Of a stretch of 64,000 bases of DNA, positions 18,407 to 27,884 are shown piece after piece. The notes beneath the pieces are model-generated. The model was not told the DNA's origin, did no database searches, and saw only the letters and a program-made list of their open reading frames with translations. The translations under genes were made by a program, and so were the position numbers. This stretch comes from Dehalococcoidia bacterium (GTDB lineage: Bacteria > Chloroflexota > Dehalococcoidia > DSTF01 > JACRBR01), in assembly GCA_015478665.1 (NCBI GenBank), contig JADMII010000004.1, positions 80,586-144,585 of the forward strand. The letters are read 5' to 3'. Within the stretch, counting starts at the first letter, position 1. Each line of letters begins with the position of its first letter.

Positions 18407-18716
18407 CGCGTTCCATCGCGCCGGGTGGCGGCGGGCAGGCGCTTCTGCCGCGCATCGTACCACCGGGAAGATCGCATGGTCGAGGTCGCCGAGCGACGCG
18501 ACGCACGGACGCAGCGACGGCACCAGCGACGGGCAGGCAGCGCCGCCGGCGGGCGAGCGACGCGTCGGCCGCCGCCGGCTGCGTCGCTCGCCCGGGGACG
18601 ACGCGCCGCTGCCGGAGCCGCCGCGGCGCGCACCACGGGCCGGGGCGCCCGCTTCGAACCTGCTCTCGTCGTCTCGTCTCCGGCGCCGCTCGCCGGCGCA
18701 GTATTTGTGAAGCCGG

Positions 18717-18745
18717 TTGCTAGTAGATCGGGCCGTTCCTATAAT
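18717..18745 (+). promoter_or_regulatory. Sigma70-type promoter for the usp-trkA-trkA-pheA operon
   Basis: TTGCTA (18717-22), 17-bp spacer, TATAAT (18740-45). Confidence 0.7.
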
Positions 18746-18802
18746 GCGGGACGCCCTGCAGAACACGCTCGCTCGTCGCGAGCGGGGGAGTATGCGGAGA
18801 TC

Positions 18803-19252
18803 TTGGCTGCACCTGAGCCGCTCGCCGGCGTCCAATCGATCCTTGTCCCGGTCGATGGCTCGCCGGCCAGCATGAGCGCCGTCGCCCTCGCCTGCTCGAT
18901 CGCCCGGCGGAACAAGGGCAAGGTGTACGCTGTCCACGTGATCGAGGTGAAGCGCTCGCTGCCCCTAGACGCCGACCTTACCGCGGAGGCGTCGTCCGGC
19001 GAAGACGTCCTGACCCGCGCCGAACGCGTCGCCGCCGACGCCGACTTCCGGCTCGAGGGCGAGTTGCTCCAGGCGCGCGAGGCCGGCCACGCCATCGTCG
19101 ATGAGGCGATGGAGCGCAACGTCGACCTGATCCTGATGGGCGCCGAGCACAAGGCGCCGCTCGGCGAGTACCAGATGGGGCGGCTCACGCAGTACGTCCT
19201 GAAGGCGGCACCCTGCAACGTCTGGCTCTGGCGCCATCCGGTGCAGGAGTAG
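18803..19252 (+). CDS. Universal stress protein
   Basis: ILVPVDGS..S..A...A, VHVIEV, AIVDEA..VDLILMG, G..TQYVLKAAPCNV; TTG start after GGAGA. Confidence 0.88.
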   Translation: MAAPEPLAGVQSILVPVDGSPASMSAVALACSIARRNKGKVYAVHVIEVKRSLPLDADLTAEASSGEDVLTRAERVAADADFRLEGELLQAREAGHAIVDEAMERNVDLILMGAEHKAPLGEYQMGRLTQYVLKAAPCNVWLWRHPVQE

Positions 19253-19267
19253 CGGCGTTAAGGTGCG

Positions 19268-19729
19268 ATGAGCATGCGAATCGTCATCATGGGCTGCGGC
19301 CGCGTCGGCGCCGCGCTCGCCTCCGAATACAGCCGCGAGGGCGCCGAGGTGACGATCCTCGACGTCGACCCCGCCGCCTTTCGCTTCCTCTCCGACGACT
19401 TCACTGGCACGAAGGTCGTCGGCAGCGGCATCGACCCGGACCTCCTCAAGAAGATGCACCTCGAGCGTGCCGACGCCTTCGTCAGCGCGACGCGCGGCGA
19501 CAACCGCAACGTCATGGCAGCGCAGATCGCCAAGTACGTCTACGGCGTCAAGGTCGTCGCGACGCGCGTCTTCGACCCGCTGCGCGAGGAGATGTACCGC
19601 AACATGGGCCTGCGGACGATCAACCCGACGCGCGTCCAGAGCAAGCGGCTGAAGCGCGTCATCGACGCCTCCTCGGACGAAGAGGCGAACGAGATGGCGC
19701 GCGAGTTCATGAAGCAGGATGGGTTTTAG
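19268..19729 (+). CDS. TrkA/KtrA-family RCK_N-only protein
   Basis: IVIMGCGRVG, ADAFVSAT.GDNRN; no RCK_C domain. Confidence 0.85.
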   Translation: MSMRIVIMGCGRVGAALASEYSREGAEVTILDVDPAAFRFLSDDFTGTKVVGSGIDPDLLKKMHLERADAFVSATRGDNRNVMAAQIAKYVYGVKVVATRVFDPLREEMYRNMGLRTINPTRVQSKRLKRVIDASSDEEANEMAREFMKQDGF

Positions 19730-19732
19730 CCC

Positions 19733-20413
19733 GTGTACATCATCGTCGTCGGCGGCGGCAAGGTCGGCTTCTACCTCGCGAAGGAACTCGTCGAGTCCAA
19801 CCACGAGGTGCTCGTGATCGAGCAGGACCCCGAAAAGGTGCGCGAGATCCAGGACGAGCTCGGCGACATCGTCATGGAGGGCGACGGCTGCGAGGCGACG
19901 CTGCTCGAGAAGGCGGGTACGGCGCGCGCCGATATGCTCCTCGCGGTGACCGGCGACGACGAGGACAACCTCATCGCCTGCCAGGTGGCGAAGCAGCGCT
20001 TCAACGTCGCCCGCACCGTGGCCCGCATCAACAATCCGAAGAACGAAGAGATCTTCCAGAAGCTCGACGTCGACATCACCGTCAGCGCCACCTCGGCGAT
20101 CATGGCGCACATCGAGCAGGAGCTGCCGACGCATCAGCTGATCCCGCTCATGCGCCTCAAGGGCAGCGGCCTGGAGATCGTCGAAGTGCGCATCCCGGAC
20201 GATTCGCGGGTGGTCGGCCGGCCGGTCAAGGAGATCCTGCTGCCGTACCAGTCGATGGTGGCGATCGTCATCGACGACGACGGCACCCCGAAGATGGCCT
20301 CCGGCGATACGGTGATCCGCGCCGGCGACGAGGTGGTCGCGGTGACGATGCACGAGAGCGAGGAAGCGCTTCGCGAGGCGCTGATGGCGCCGCCGCCCGC
20401 CCGCGCGTTCTAG
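19733..20413 (+). CDS. trkA: TrkA-family potassium uptake regulatory protein (RCK_N + RCK_C)
   Basis: IIVVGGGKVG, GDG.E..LEKAG..RAD, TGDDEDNL, C-terminal RCK_C (DTVIRAGDEV). Confidence 0.85.
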   Translation: MYIIVVGGGKVGFYLAKELVESNHEVLVIEQDPEKVREIQDELGDIVMEGDGCEATLLEKAGTARADMLLAVTGDDEDNLIACQVAKQRFNVARTVARINNPKNEEIFQKLDVDITVSATSAIMAHIEQELPTHQLIPLMRLKGSGLEIVEVRIPDDSRVVGRPVKEILLPYQSMVAIVIDDDGTPKMASGDTVIRAGDEVVAVTMHESEEALREALMAPPPARAF

Positions 20414-21279
20414 TGAGCGCGGACCCGCCCCCGGCCGGGGTCGTCAGCGTCGCGTACCTGGGGCCGCCCGGCACGAACAGCGAGGTGGCGGCCGTGCGCG
20501 TCTTCCCGGCCGCCCGCCACGTCCCCTACTCCAGCGTCGCCGACGCCGTGCACGCGCTCGAGCGCGGCGAGGTCTCACGCGCCGTCGCCGCCATCGAGAA
20601 CAGCCTGCAAGGCAGCGTCACCGAGACGGTCGACCTGCTGATCCGCGACGACGGCATCGCGATCTGCGGCGAGCTCGTGCTCGACATCGAACACTGCCTG
20701 ATGGTGCGTCCAGGGGCGTCGCACGCCGGCATTGCGGTGATCTACTCACACCCGCAGTCGCTCGGCCAGTGCCGCGATTATCTGGAGCGCGCCTATCCCG
20801 GCGTGCCGACCGTCGCCGCGCTCTCGAACGCCGCCGCCGTCGCGGAGATGCTGCGCGTGCCCGGCTCGGCGGCGATCGCGCCGGCGCGCGCGGCCGAGAT
20901 CTACGGCGCCGAGATCGTCGGGTGCGGCATTCAGGATTCGCGCGTCAACCGCACGCGCTTCGTGGTGCTCGGGCGCGCGGGCGCGCCGGCGACGGGGCAC
21001 GACAAGACATCGATCGCCTTCGCCGTCGCGCACGACCGCCCCGGCACGCTCGTCAGCGTGCTGCACGAGTTCTCCGACCGGTCGATCAACCTGACGAAGA
21101 TCGAGTCCCGGCCGTCGCGGGAGGAGCTGGGCATCTACGTCTTCCTGCTCGACATCGAGGGCCACCGCGACGACCCACTCGTGGCGCAGGCGCTGGCCGC
21201 GGTGAAGGAGCAGGCCGACTTCTTCAGGGTCTTCGGCTCCTACCCCGCCTGGCAGCCGGAGCCATCTGCGCAGCCGTGA
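20413..21279 (+). CDS. pheA: Prephenate dehydratase with ACT domain
   Basis: YLGPPGT, IENS.QGSV, SHPQ.LGQC, NRTRF, DRPGTL, INLTKIESRP. Confidence 0.93.
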   Translation: MSADPPPAGVVSVAYLGPPGTNSEVAAVRVFPAARHVPYSSVADAVHALERGEVSRAVAAIENSLQGSVTETVDLLIRDDGIAICGELVLDIEHCLMVRPGASHAGIAVIYSHPQSLGQCRDYLERAYPGVPTVAALSNAAAVAEMLRVPGSAAIAPARAAEIYGAEIVGCGIQDSRVNRTRFVVLGRAGAPATGHDKTSIAFAVAHDRPGTLVSVLHEFSDRSINLTKIESRPSREELGIYVFLLDIEGHRDDPLVAQALAAVKEQADFFRVFGSYPAWQPEPSAQP

Positions 21280-21306
21280 TCAGGCGCGCTCGCCGGCGAC
21301 CAGACG

Positions 21307-21534
21307 TCACCGCTCGTGCCCATGCGTTCGGAGCAGTCGGTCGAATTCGTCGCGGATGATCGCGCAGCTCCGCACGACGCCGCGCCGAGGTCCACCCGCG
21401 CATACGCGTGCCAGTGGTCGGATCATGTGAAGCGCTGCGTCGGCTGAGCCCCGGCTCGGAGGGTGCTGAACAACGTGGATGCTCGCGCACGATTCCGAAT
21501 GTGATCCTGAGTTTGCCCGATCGTTATTCGGCAC
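21307..21534 (-). CDS. Possible small hypothetical protein (75 aa)
   Basis: GTG start overlapping the end of the upstream small ORF; no recognisable domain. Confidence 0.25.
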   Translation of the reverse strand: MPNNDRANSGSHSESCASIHVVQHPPSRGSADAALHMIRPLARVCAGGPRRGVVRSCAIIRDEFDRLLRTHGHER

Positions 21535-21760
21535 AGCCTTCTTGATCAGCAGCCCGCCGGGGCGCGTCGCCGTGCGACGGCACGTGGTCGTCGGGCGGCT
21601 GTGTGTCCCGGCCGGGGCCGGCGCTGGTCTGCGTGCGGCGCGTCGCCTGCGTGCGCTCGACGCGCCGGATGCGCTCGTCGACCATCGAGCGCAGGGCGAA
21701 CAACGAGGCGCGCGTCGCGTTGCGGGCGCCCTCGCGTGCTTCGGTGAGGTTGCGGATCAT
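21524..21760 (-). CDS. Small hypothetical protein (78 aa, MIRNLTEAREG...)
   Basis: Strong RBS GAGAGGAGGG just before the ATG, in otherwise unassigned space; no recognisable domain. Confidence 0.45.
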   Translation of the reverse strand: MIRNLTEAREGARNATRASLFALRSMVDERIRRVERTQATRRTQTSAGPGRDTQPPDDHVPSHGDAPRRAADQEGCAE

Positions 21761-22080
21761 GGTGCCCTCCTCTCGATCTTCATCATACGTCGCTCGTCTC
21801 GATCCTCCGATAGTCCTGGATCGTGCGGGCGCATAAAGACGTCCTCGGCTCGTGCCAGCGCTCGCGCGGCCTGCCGGGCCAGTTCCCCCGGCGCGGCGGC
21901 GCTGGCGCTCGGCCAGCCGACGTGCGCAGCGCTGACCGAAGACCCGGCGGCCGGCGCCGATGCCATCGAGTGTGACCTCTCCTCCCACCGCGGTGCAGAG
22001 GGGATACGCCGTCCGACGCGCTGCCTCCCCGTCACGCCAACCCCGGCCCCCGGTCCCCCGCGACCCGGCCACCCGGAAGA

Positions 22081-23016
22081 TCACCACCAGATGATGTCGT
22101 CGAGCTCCTCCTCCTCGTGCTCGGGCAGCGGGCGTGACCAGAGGTTGGTGTCGAGGTACTTCCAGCCGGAGTCCGCGAAGACGAGGACGATGTTCCCCTT
22201 CCCGATGCGCTCCGCGAACTTCAGGCCGGCGTGCAGCACGGCGCCCGACGACACGCCGCCGAAGATGCCCTCGCGCTGCATCAGCAGCCGCGCGCCGCGG
22301 AAGGCGTGCCCGCTGCGCACGAGGATCTTGCCATCGAGGAACGCCAGGTCGAGGATCGGCGGGATGAAGCCGTCGGCAAGGCTCTTCAGGCCCTGCAGTT
22401 GGTTGCCGGGGTGCGGCTCGACGGCGATCACCTTCGTCGCCGGATTCACTTCCTTCAGGCGCTCGCCGGTGCCCATCAGCGTGCCGCCCGTGCCGAGGCC
22501 GGCGACCAGCACGTCGACGGCGGGCACGTCCTCGAGGATCTCCGCACCGGTCCAGACGTAGTGGGCGCGGACGTTGTGGGGGTTCCGGAACTGGTCGAGC
22601 ATGAAGCCGCCGGCATCGTCGGCGAGCTGGCGTGCGGCGGCCATGGCGCCCGTCACGCCCGCCTCCGCCGGCACCCAGTGCACCTCCGCCCCGTACACCG
22701 CGAGCGCCCGCGGGATCTCCGGGTAGACGTTCTCCGGCATGACGATCTTCGCGCGATATCCCATCGCCTTGCCGATCATCGCCAGGGCGATGCCGGTGTT
22801 GCCGGTGCTCGCCTCGATCACCGTGTCGCCGGGGACGATGCGGCCGTCGCGTTCCGCATGCTGGAGCATGTGCTTGACGATGCGGTCCTTGATCGAGCCG
22901 GTGGGATTCCAGCCTTCGAGCTTCGCGAAGAGGCGCACGCCCGGCTTCGGCTGCAGGTGCGTGAGCTCGACCATCGGCGTCCGGCCGATCGTGTGGAGGA
23001 CGTGCAGGTGGTGCAT
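22081..23016 (-). CDS. PLP-dependent cysteine synthase family protein (CysM-like)
   Basis: IGRTPMV, KLEGWNPTGSIKDR, EASTGNTG, DQFRNP.N, GLGTGGT, SSGA, DSGWKYL. Confidence 0.9.
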   Translation of the reverse strand: MHHLHVLHTIGRTPMVELTHLQPKPGVRLFAKLEGWNPTGSIKDRIVKHMLQHAERDGRIVPGDTVIEASTGNTGIALAMIGKAMGYRAKIVMPENVYPEIPRALAVYGAEVHWVPAEAGVTGAMAAARQLADDAGGFMLDQFRNPHNVRAHYVWTGAEILEDVPAVDVLVAGLGTGGTLMGTGERLKEVNPATKVIAVEPHPGNQLQGLKSLADGFIPPILDLAFLDGKILVRSGHAFRGARLLMQREGIFGGVSSGAVLHAGLKFAERIGKGNIVLVFADSGWKYLDTNLWSRPLPEHEEEELDDIIWW

Positions 23017-23101
23017 GTGCGCTCAGTATAGGCTCGATGCGTCGGGCCACTGGCTGTCCGCGCGCTGAGCGACGTCGATGGATCCCGGAAGGGCGCCGAG
23101 A

Positions 23102-23122
23102 GGCGAGCCACGCCGGCTCGCC
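23102..23122. terminator. GC-rich hairpin downstream of htpX
   Basis: GGCGAGCC-acgcc-GGCTCGCC inverted repeat; no clear U-tract. Confidence 0.35.
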
Positions 23123-23157
23123 CTTCGTCTGAACGTCTTGCTGCGGCCTGCGACCGC

Positions 23158-24012
23158 CTACATGCTGGTGCGCGCCATCTGGCGCAGGCGCTTGACTCGC
23201 TCCTCGATCGGCGGGTGCGTGCTGAACAGGTTCGAGAAGTTCTGCCCGCGCAGCCCGGCCAGCGGGTTGACGATGAACATGTGCGCCGCCGCCGGGTTTA
23301 CCTGCATCGGCCGCACCTGGACGCCGCGCTCGAGCTTCTCCAGCGCATCGGCCAGGGCCTCCGGGTCGTGCGTTGTGCGGGCGCCCGTCTTGTCCGCCTG
23401 GTATTCGCGCGTGCGCGAGATCGAGAGCTGGACGATCGTCGCCGCGATCGGCATCAGCACGATGGCGAGGAGCGCCAGCAGCCCGTTCTCGTTGTTGCGC
23501 CGGCCGCCGAAGAGCATGCCGAACATCATGCTCTGGGTGATCCAGGCGATGGCGCCGGCGAGGATCGCCGCGATCGCGCCGATGAGGATGTCGCGGTTGC
23601 CGACGTGGCCGAGCTCGTGAGCGATGACGCCGCGGAGCTCGCGGTCGTCGAGCAGGCTCATGATGCCCGTGGTCGCCGCCACGACGGCATGCTGCGGATT
23701 GCGGCCGGTGGCGAAGGCGTTCGGCGACGGGTTATCGACCACGTACACCTTCGGCTTCGGCAGGCTCGTCAGCGACGTCACTTCCTCGACGATGCGGTGC
23801 AGCCGCGGCTCCTGCTCCGGTGTCACCTCGCGCGCGCCCGCCATCCTCAGCGCCAGGGAATCCGACTTCCAGTAGGCGAAGAGATTGAATGCGGCGGCGA
23901 GGGCGACGAAGAAGATCAGCCCGGGCAGGCCGCCGAGAAACAGGTACCCCAACCCCGCCAGGAGGCCCGTCAGGACTCCCATCAGAAGCAGAGTTTTGGC
24001 CATGGCTCCCAT
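23158..24012 (-). CDS. htpX: Zinc metalloprotease HtpX
   Basis: PNAFATGRNP, HELGH, ISRTREY.AD, ALEKL, LFSTHPPIEERV. Confidence 0.93.
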   Translation of the reverse strand: MGAMAKTLLLMGVLTGLLAGLGYLFLGGLPGLIFFVALAAAFNLFAYWKSDSLALRMAGAREVTPEQEPRLHRIVEEVTSLTSLPKPKVYVVDNPSPNAFATGRNPQHAVVAATTGIMSLLDDRELRGVIAHELGHVGNRDILIGAIAAILAGAIAWITQSMMFGMLFGGRRNNENGLLALLAIVLMPIAATIVQLSISRTREYQADKTGARTTHDPEALADALEKLERGVQVRPMQVNPAAAHMFIVNPLAGLRGQNFSNLFSTHPPIEERVKRLRQMARTSM

Positions 24013-24230
24013 AGTGTGTTCGTCTCGCTTTCTCTCGCAGGCCAGCGGACGCCGCCTGTCAGCCTCAGTTTAGCAGTTTGTCACGTCCGCTACTGATATC
24101 GATCTATCCGTCACGCGCTGCCTGCAGCGGCGGCCGCCCGCCTCAGGCGGGTCCGCGCGAGCGCGGGGCCACTCCGGCGCTCCAGATTCGCCCCCCCCCG
24201 GCCGCACCCGGCTGGCGTCGGCCCCCGGCC

Positions 24231-25526
24231 TCAGGTCAGTCGGGTCACGACGACCGACTCGATCTTGACGCCCTTCAGCTCCGAGACGGCGATCCGGTAG
24301 CCATCGACGGTGATGGTCTCGCCCTCCCGCGGGATGTGGCCGAGCTGCTCCAGCACGTATCCGGCGATCGTCTCGTAGTCGCCCGCGGGCAGGTCCAGGC
24401 CGATCTCCTCGCGCACGTCGTACACGCTCATGCCGCCGTCGACGCGCGTCGTCTTTTCGTCGATCGTGAGGAACTCCTCGTCGCCCGCCGCCAGCTCGTC
24501 GGCCACGCGGCCCACCATTTCTTCGAGCAGCAGCTCCACCGTGACGATGCCCGCCACGCCGCCGTACTCGTCGACGACGACCGCCATCTGCTGGTGCTGC
24601 GACTGCATCTCCCAGAACAGCTCGCTCACCAGCTTCGTCTCCGGCACGAAGAGCGCCGGGCGGATCATCCCGGCGATCGGCGACGCGTCGGTAACGCGGT
24701 GCTCGGCCAGGGCGCGCAATACGTCCTTGATGTTGATCGTGCCGACGACATTGTCGACGGTGTCGTCGTAGACGGGGAAGCGGGAGTGCGGCGCCTGGTC
24801 GAACGCCTCGTAGAACTCGCGCACGCTCTCGTCCTTCTCCAGCCAGGCGATCTCCGTGCGGGGGACCATGATCTCGCGCGCCCGCCGGTCATGGAAGTGG
24901 AAGACCCGGTCGAGGAGCTCCGCCTCGTCTTCGCCGACGGCGCCCTCTTCTGCGCTGATGTCGATCAGCATCCGCAACTCTGCCTCCGAGACCGTGTGGC
25001 GCTGTTCGGCGCTCGTGAAGAGGTTCGGGATGATCGCCAGCGCTACGGTGAGCGGCCGCATGACGCGCGCGAACAGCTCGACCGGTACAGCGACAAGCAG
25101 GGCGATGCGGTCGGCCGACCGCGAGGCGATGAGCTTCGGAGTGTACTCGCCGAACTCGGCCGAGATCAGCGGGATGGCGATCAGGCCGACGAGGTACCCC
25201 CAGCTGCCGAACCAGCGCACCGCCAGCACCGTCCCCGCAGTCGAGGCGAGGAAGATCGAGAGGTTCTGCAGCAGGACGATCAGCCCGAAGAAGATGTCCT
25301 GCTGCTGCTTCAGCCGGTCCACCGCCGCCGCGCGGTGGCTGCCGTGGTCGACCGCCGCTCGCAGGCGGATGCGGCTCGACGCGACGATCGCGATCTCGAT
25401 CGCGTTCACCGTCGCGTAGCCGGCGAGCCCGCCGACGAAGAGCGCGATCGCGAGCGGGACGGGGATGTCGAGCGAGGTGGTCTCGAGCAGGATCGGCGCG
25501 ACGCCGGAACCGGGGATGTCTAGCAT
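24231..25526 (-). CDS. Hemolysin-family/CNNM (DUF21)-CBS-CorC protein
   Basis: EIAIVASS..R, FGEY.PK, EIMVPRTE, HSRFPVY, FVPETK, VVDEYGG..GIVT.E.LLEE.VG, YETIAG; start moved to ATG 25526. Confidence 0.9.
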   Translation of the reverse strand: MLDIPGSGVAPILLETTSLDIPVPLAIALFVGGLAGYATVNAIEIAIVASSRIRLRAAVDHGSHRAAAVDRLKQQQDIFFGLIVLLQNLSIFLASTAGTVLAVRWFGSWGYLVGLIAIPLISAEFGEYTPKLIASRSADRIALLVAVPVELFARVMRPLTVALAIIPNLFTSAEQRHTVSEAELRMLIDISAEEGAVGEDEAELLDRVFHFHDRRAREIMVPRTEIAWLEKDESVREFYEAFDQAPHSRFPVYDDTVDNVVGTINIKDVLRALAEHRVTDASPIAGMIRPALFVPETKLVSELFWEMQSQHQQMAVVVDEYGGVAGIVTVELLLEEMVGRVADELAAGDEEFLTIDEKTTRVDGGMSVYDVREEIGLDLPAGDYETIAGYVLEQLGHIPREGETITVDGYRIAVSELKGVKIESVVVTRLT

Positions 25527-25688
25527 GCGTTGTGCGGACCCGCGCCGCATGGCCCGGGCGAACCTCGCCCGCTCGTGCCCTATCATAACGCACGCGGCCG
25601 GGTGCCCGGCGCATCGGCCGGCGCCAGCGCCCGCCTGTGGCGACGCCCGTGGCGAGCGCGATTCGACGGCTCGACTGCTCCGGCTCGT

Positions 25689-25754
25689 TGATCTCGTCCA
25701 GAAACATCCCGCTACAGCGACCTCCGTTCGAGCGAGCGGGATGTGCTGGACGAG
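25689..25754. repeat. Long imperfect palindrome; left arm recurs inverted at 51607-51637
   Basis: CTCGTCCAG-aa-ACATCCCGCT ... AGCGGGATGT-g-CTGGACGAG. Confidence 0.75.
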
Positions 25755-25862
25755 TACAGTCGTTTGCGGCTGCGTCATGGCGCTGTTACCATGACCCTCG
25801 CGTGTCCAGCCGGACCGCGACCGACACCAGTACGCTGCAATTCTCCAGGAGGAGAGACGAGC

Positions 25863-25915
25863 AGGGCCTGGCTGTCAGCGCTCGCAATCGGCGAGTTCTG
25901 GCGGGGGCCTTTTGC
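25863..25915 (+). terminator. Terminator-like hairpin in the speD upstream region
   Basis: AGGGCC..CTGTCAG..CTCGC-aatcg-GCGAG..CTGGCGG..GGCCTT followed by TTGCGTTGT. Confidence 0.4.
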
Positions 25916-26032
25916 GTTGTCACCAAAGCGATGGACGACTGTAGACAGACCGGCTTCACCTAGCGTCCCGGGCGCATGCATCGCCCGGGCATTCTCACCG
26001 TGCGCCTCACGCACGGCACCGGAGGAGAGAGA

Positions 26033-26449
26033 ATGCACGTAACGATCGATGGGTTCGGCGGAAACCCCGCACAGCTGGCTAACGAGCCCCTGGTCCGCGA
26101 ACTGCTCGACCGCTATCCGGGCGAAATCGGGATGACGAAGATCTCCGAGCCGCACGTCTTTGAGTACCACGGCGACAAGCCAGACGACTGGGGCGTCTCC
26201 GGCTTCGTCCTCATCGCCGAAAGCCACATCGCCATCCACACCTTCCCGGAACACCGCCAGGTCTGGGTCGATATCTTCTCCTGCAAGGGGTTCGATGCGC
26301 TCCCCGCCATCGACCGCATCGTCGATGCCTTCGCGCTCGAGAGCACGCGCATCAACACGCTCGAACGCGGCCTCGAGTACCCGCACGACGTGCAGGCGAG
26401 CGTTCCCCTGAACCGCAGCGAGCGCCGCGAGGTGACGCCGGTCGCCTAG
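26033..26449 (+). CDS. speD: S-adenosylmethionine decarboxylase proenzyme (class 1B family)
   Basis: GVSGFVLIAESHIAIHTFPE, DIFSCK, ERG; RBS GGAGG. Confidence 0.85.
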   Translation: MHVTIDGFGGNPAQLANEPLVRELLDRYPGEIGMTKISEPHVFEYHGDKPDDWGVSGFVLIAESHIAIHTFPEHRQVWVDIFSCKGFDALPAIDRIVDAFALESTRINTLERGLEYPHDVQASVPLNRSERREVTPVA

Positions 26450-26818
26450 CGACGCCGGCCCGGGCGCGGCCCTCAGAACGGCCGCTCCGTCATCGGTCGC
26501 TCGCGCTGGCGCGCCGCTCGCCACGCGCGCCGCCTCATCGGCTACGCGCGGCGCTGACGTGTGCCACGACGCCGCGACAGCACCCCGTGCACAGCGCATC
26601 GAGCACCGGGGCGCGACCGGCCTCGGCCGGCCGACCACGGCGCATCGGCCGACTTCCGGTCTCCAGCCCCCATACCACGGCCCGGCGTCGGCGGCTCCGC
26701 TCGGCGCTTCCCCGCCCGCTCGCCGTCCGCACCGCGTCGCGCGTCTCACCTCCCACGTCTCCTCCGTCCTCCGCCCCCGGCCTCCATCGTCCAGCGTCGC
26801 AGCGCCTACAATATCCGC

Positions 26819-27547
26819 ATGCCGATCATCACCATCTCCGGCAACCTCGGCAGCGGCGCGCGCGAGATCGCGCAGGACCTCGCGCGCGAGCTCGCGCTGG
26901 ACTACGTCGACCAGGAGATCCTCGTCGAGGCGGCGCGGCAGCTCGGTGTCAGCGTCGCCGTTGTCGAGCGTCAGGATGAACGCGCCCGCAGCTTGGCCGA
27001 GCGCCTGGGCATGCTCATGCGCACCCTGATGGAGCGCTCGGCCGTCGCCACCGACCCGATGTCGGGCGCCGGCCTCGATGTCGTGCTCGCTCGGACCTAC
27101 GGTGAGGCGGCGGAGCTGCCCGAAGGCGGCGACGAGCCGCTCAACGAGCAGCGGTACCTGGAAACGCTGACCTCCGTCATCCGCGGCATCGCTGTGCGCG
27201 GCAGCGTCGTCATCCTCGGCCGTGGCAGCCAGGCGATCCTCCGGGACGACCCGGCCGCGTTCCATGTCTACGTGCATGCCTCGCACGCCGCGCGCATCGC
27301 CATGCTGAGCGAGCGCGACCAGATGCCGCCGGCCGACGCGATGAAGCGGATCAAGGAGAGCGACCACAACCGCGCCGCCTTCCACCATCGCTTCTTCAAG
27401 GTCGATGCCGAATCGCCGGCGCTGTACGATCTCGTCGTCAACACGGAGCGCATCGCCGGCGCGCTCGCCGTCCGCCTGATCGCCCTGGCGGTCCGCGGAC
27501 GGCCAGCGCGCGCGCTCCAGGAGCCGACCGATGTACCTCAGCCCTGA
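26819..27547 (+). CDS. Cytidylate kinase-like family protein
   Basis: IITISG.LGSG.REIA..LA..L...YVD, VILGRG, D..R..F, YDLVVNT. Confidence 0.85.
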   Translation: MPIITISGNLGSGAREIAQDLARELALDYVDQEILVEAARQLGVSVAVVERQDERARSLAERLGMLMRTLMERSAVATDPMSGAGLDVVLARTYGEAAELPEGGDEPLNEQRYLETLTSVIRGIAVRGSVVILGRGSQAILRDDPAAFHVYVHASHAARIAMLSERDQMPPADAMKRIKESDHNRAAFHHRFFKVDAESPALYDLVVNTERIAGALAVRLIALAVRGRPARALQEPTDVPQP

Positions 27548-27884
27548 AGCCCAGCGCCTCTTGGATGACGTCCGCCGTTCCCACGGACGGCTGATCGAGC
27601 ACACGCACGCAGACGAGGCGCACCGCCGCGCCTTTCGCGCGATCTACGAGGCGCTCGAGTCGGCGCTCGGTGACGTCCCCGACGACCACCTCGATGCCCC
27701 GATCGACAGCGGCTGGTCGGCGGCGCGTGTCCTCGTGCACGTCGCGGAACACGACCAGCGCATCGAGGAGGCGACGCGGCGCGGCATCGAGCACATGATC
27801 GAGCACGGCCTCGAGCACGCGCGCACGCTCTGGCTCGCGCGCCTGCCGCACGACGCGCCGTCCGGCGGCAGCGCCGGATGCTGA
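27531..27884 (+). CDS. Small DinB-superfamily-like protein
   Basis: GWSAARVLVHVAEHD..H..EH pattern; overlaps both neighbours. Confidence 0.55.
   Translation: MYLSPEAQRLLDDVRRSHGRLIEHTHADEAHRRAFRAIYEALESALGDVPDDHLDAPIDSGWSAARVLVHVAEHDQRIEEATRRGIEHMIEHGLEHARTLWLARLPHDAPSGGSAGC

Noticed and set aside
18407..18937. Long N-terminal extensions in the ORF track for nurA and usp (also aspA, nhaA, MFS and GT-C genes)
   Set aside because: Low-complexity read-through upstream of better starts supported by RBS, -10 spacing or domain boundaries
24060..24100. CIRCE operator upstream of htpX (TTAGCAG...)
   Set aside because: Second arm and 9-bp spacing do not fit TTAGCACTC-N9-GAGTGCTAA; better read as an extended -10 (TGCTAAACT) on the minus strand
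25650..25800. tmRNA (GATTCGACGG resembles its 5' motif; GCAAACGAC on the other strand resembles the resume codons)
   Set aside because: No GGGG 5' end, no T-arm/CCA 3' end, and the two motifs are on opposite strands
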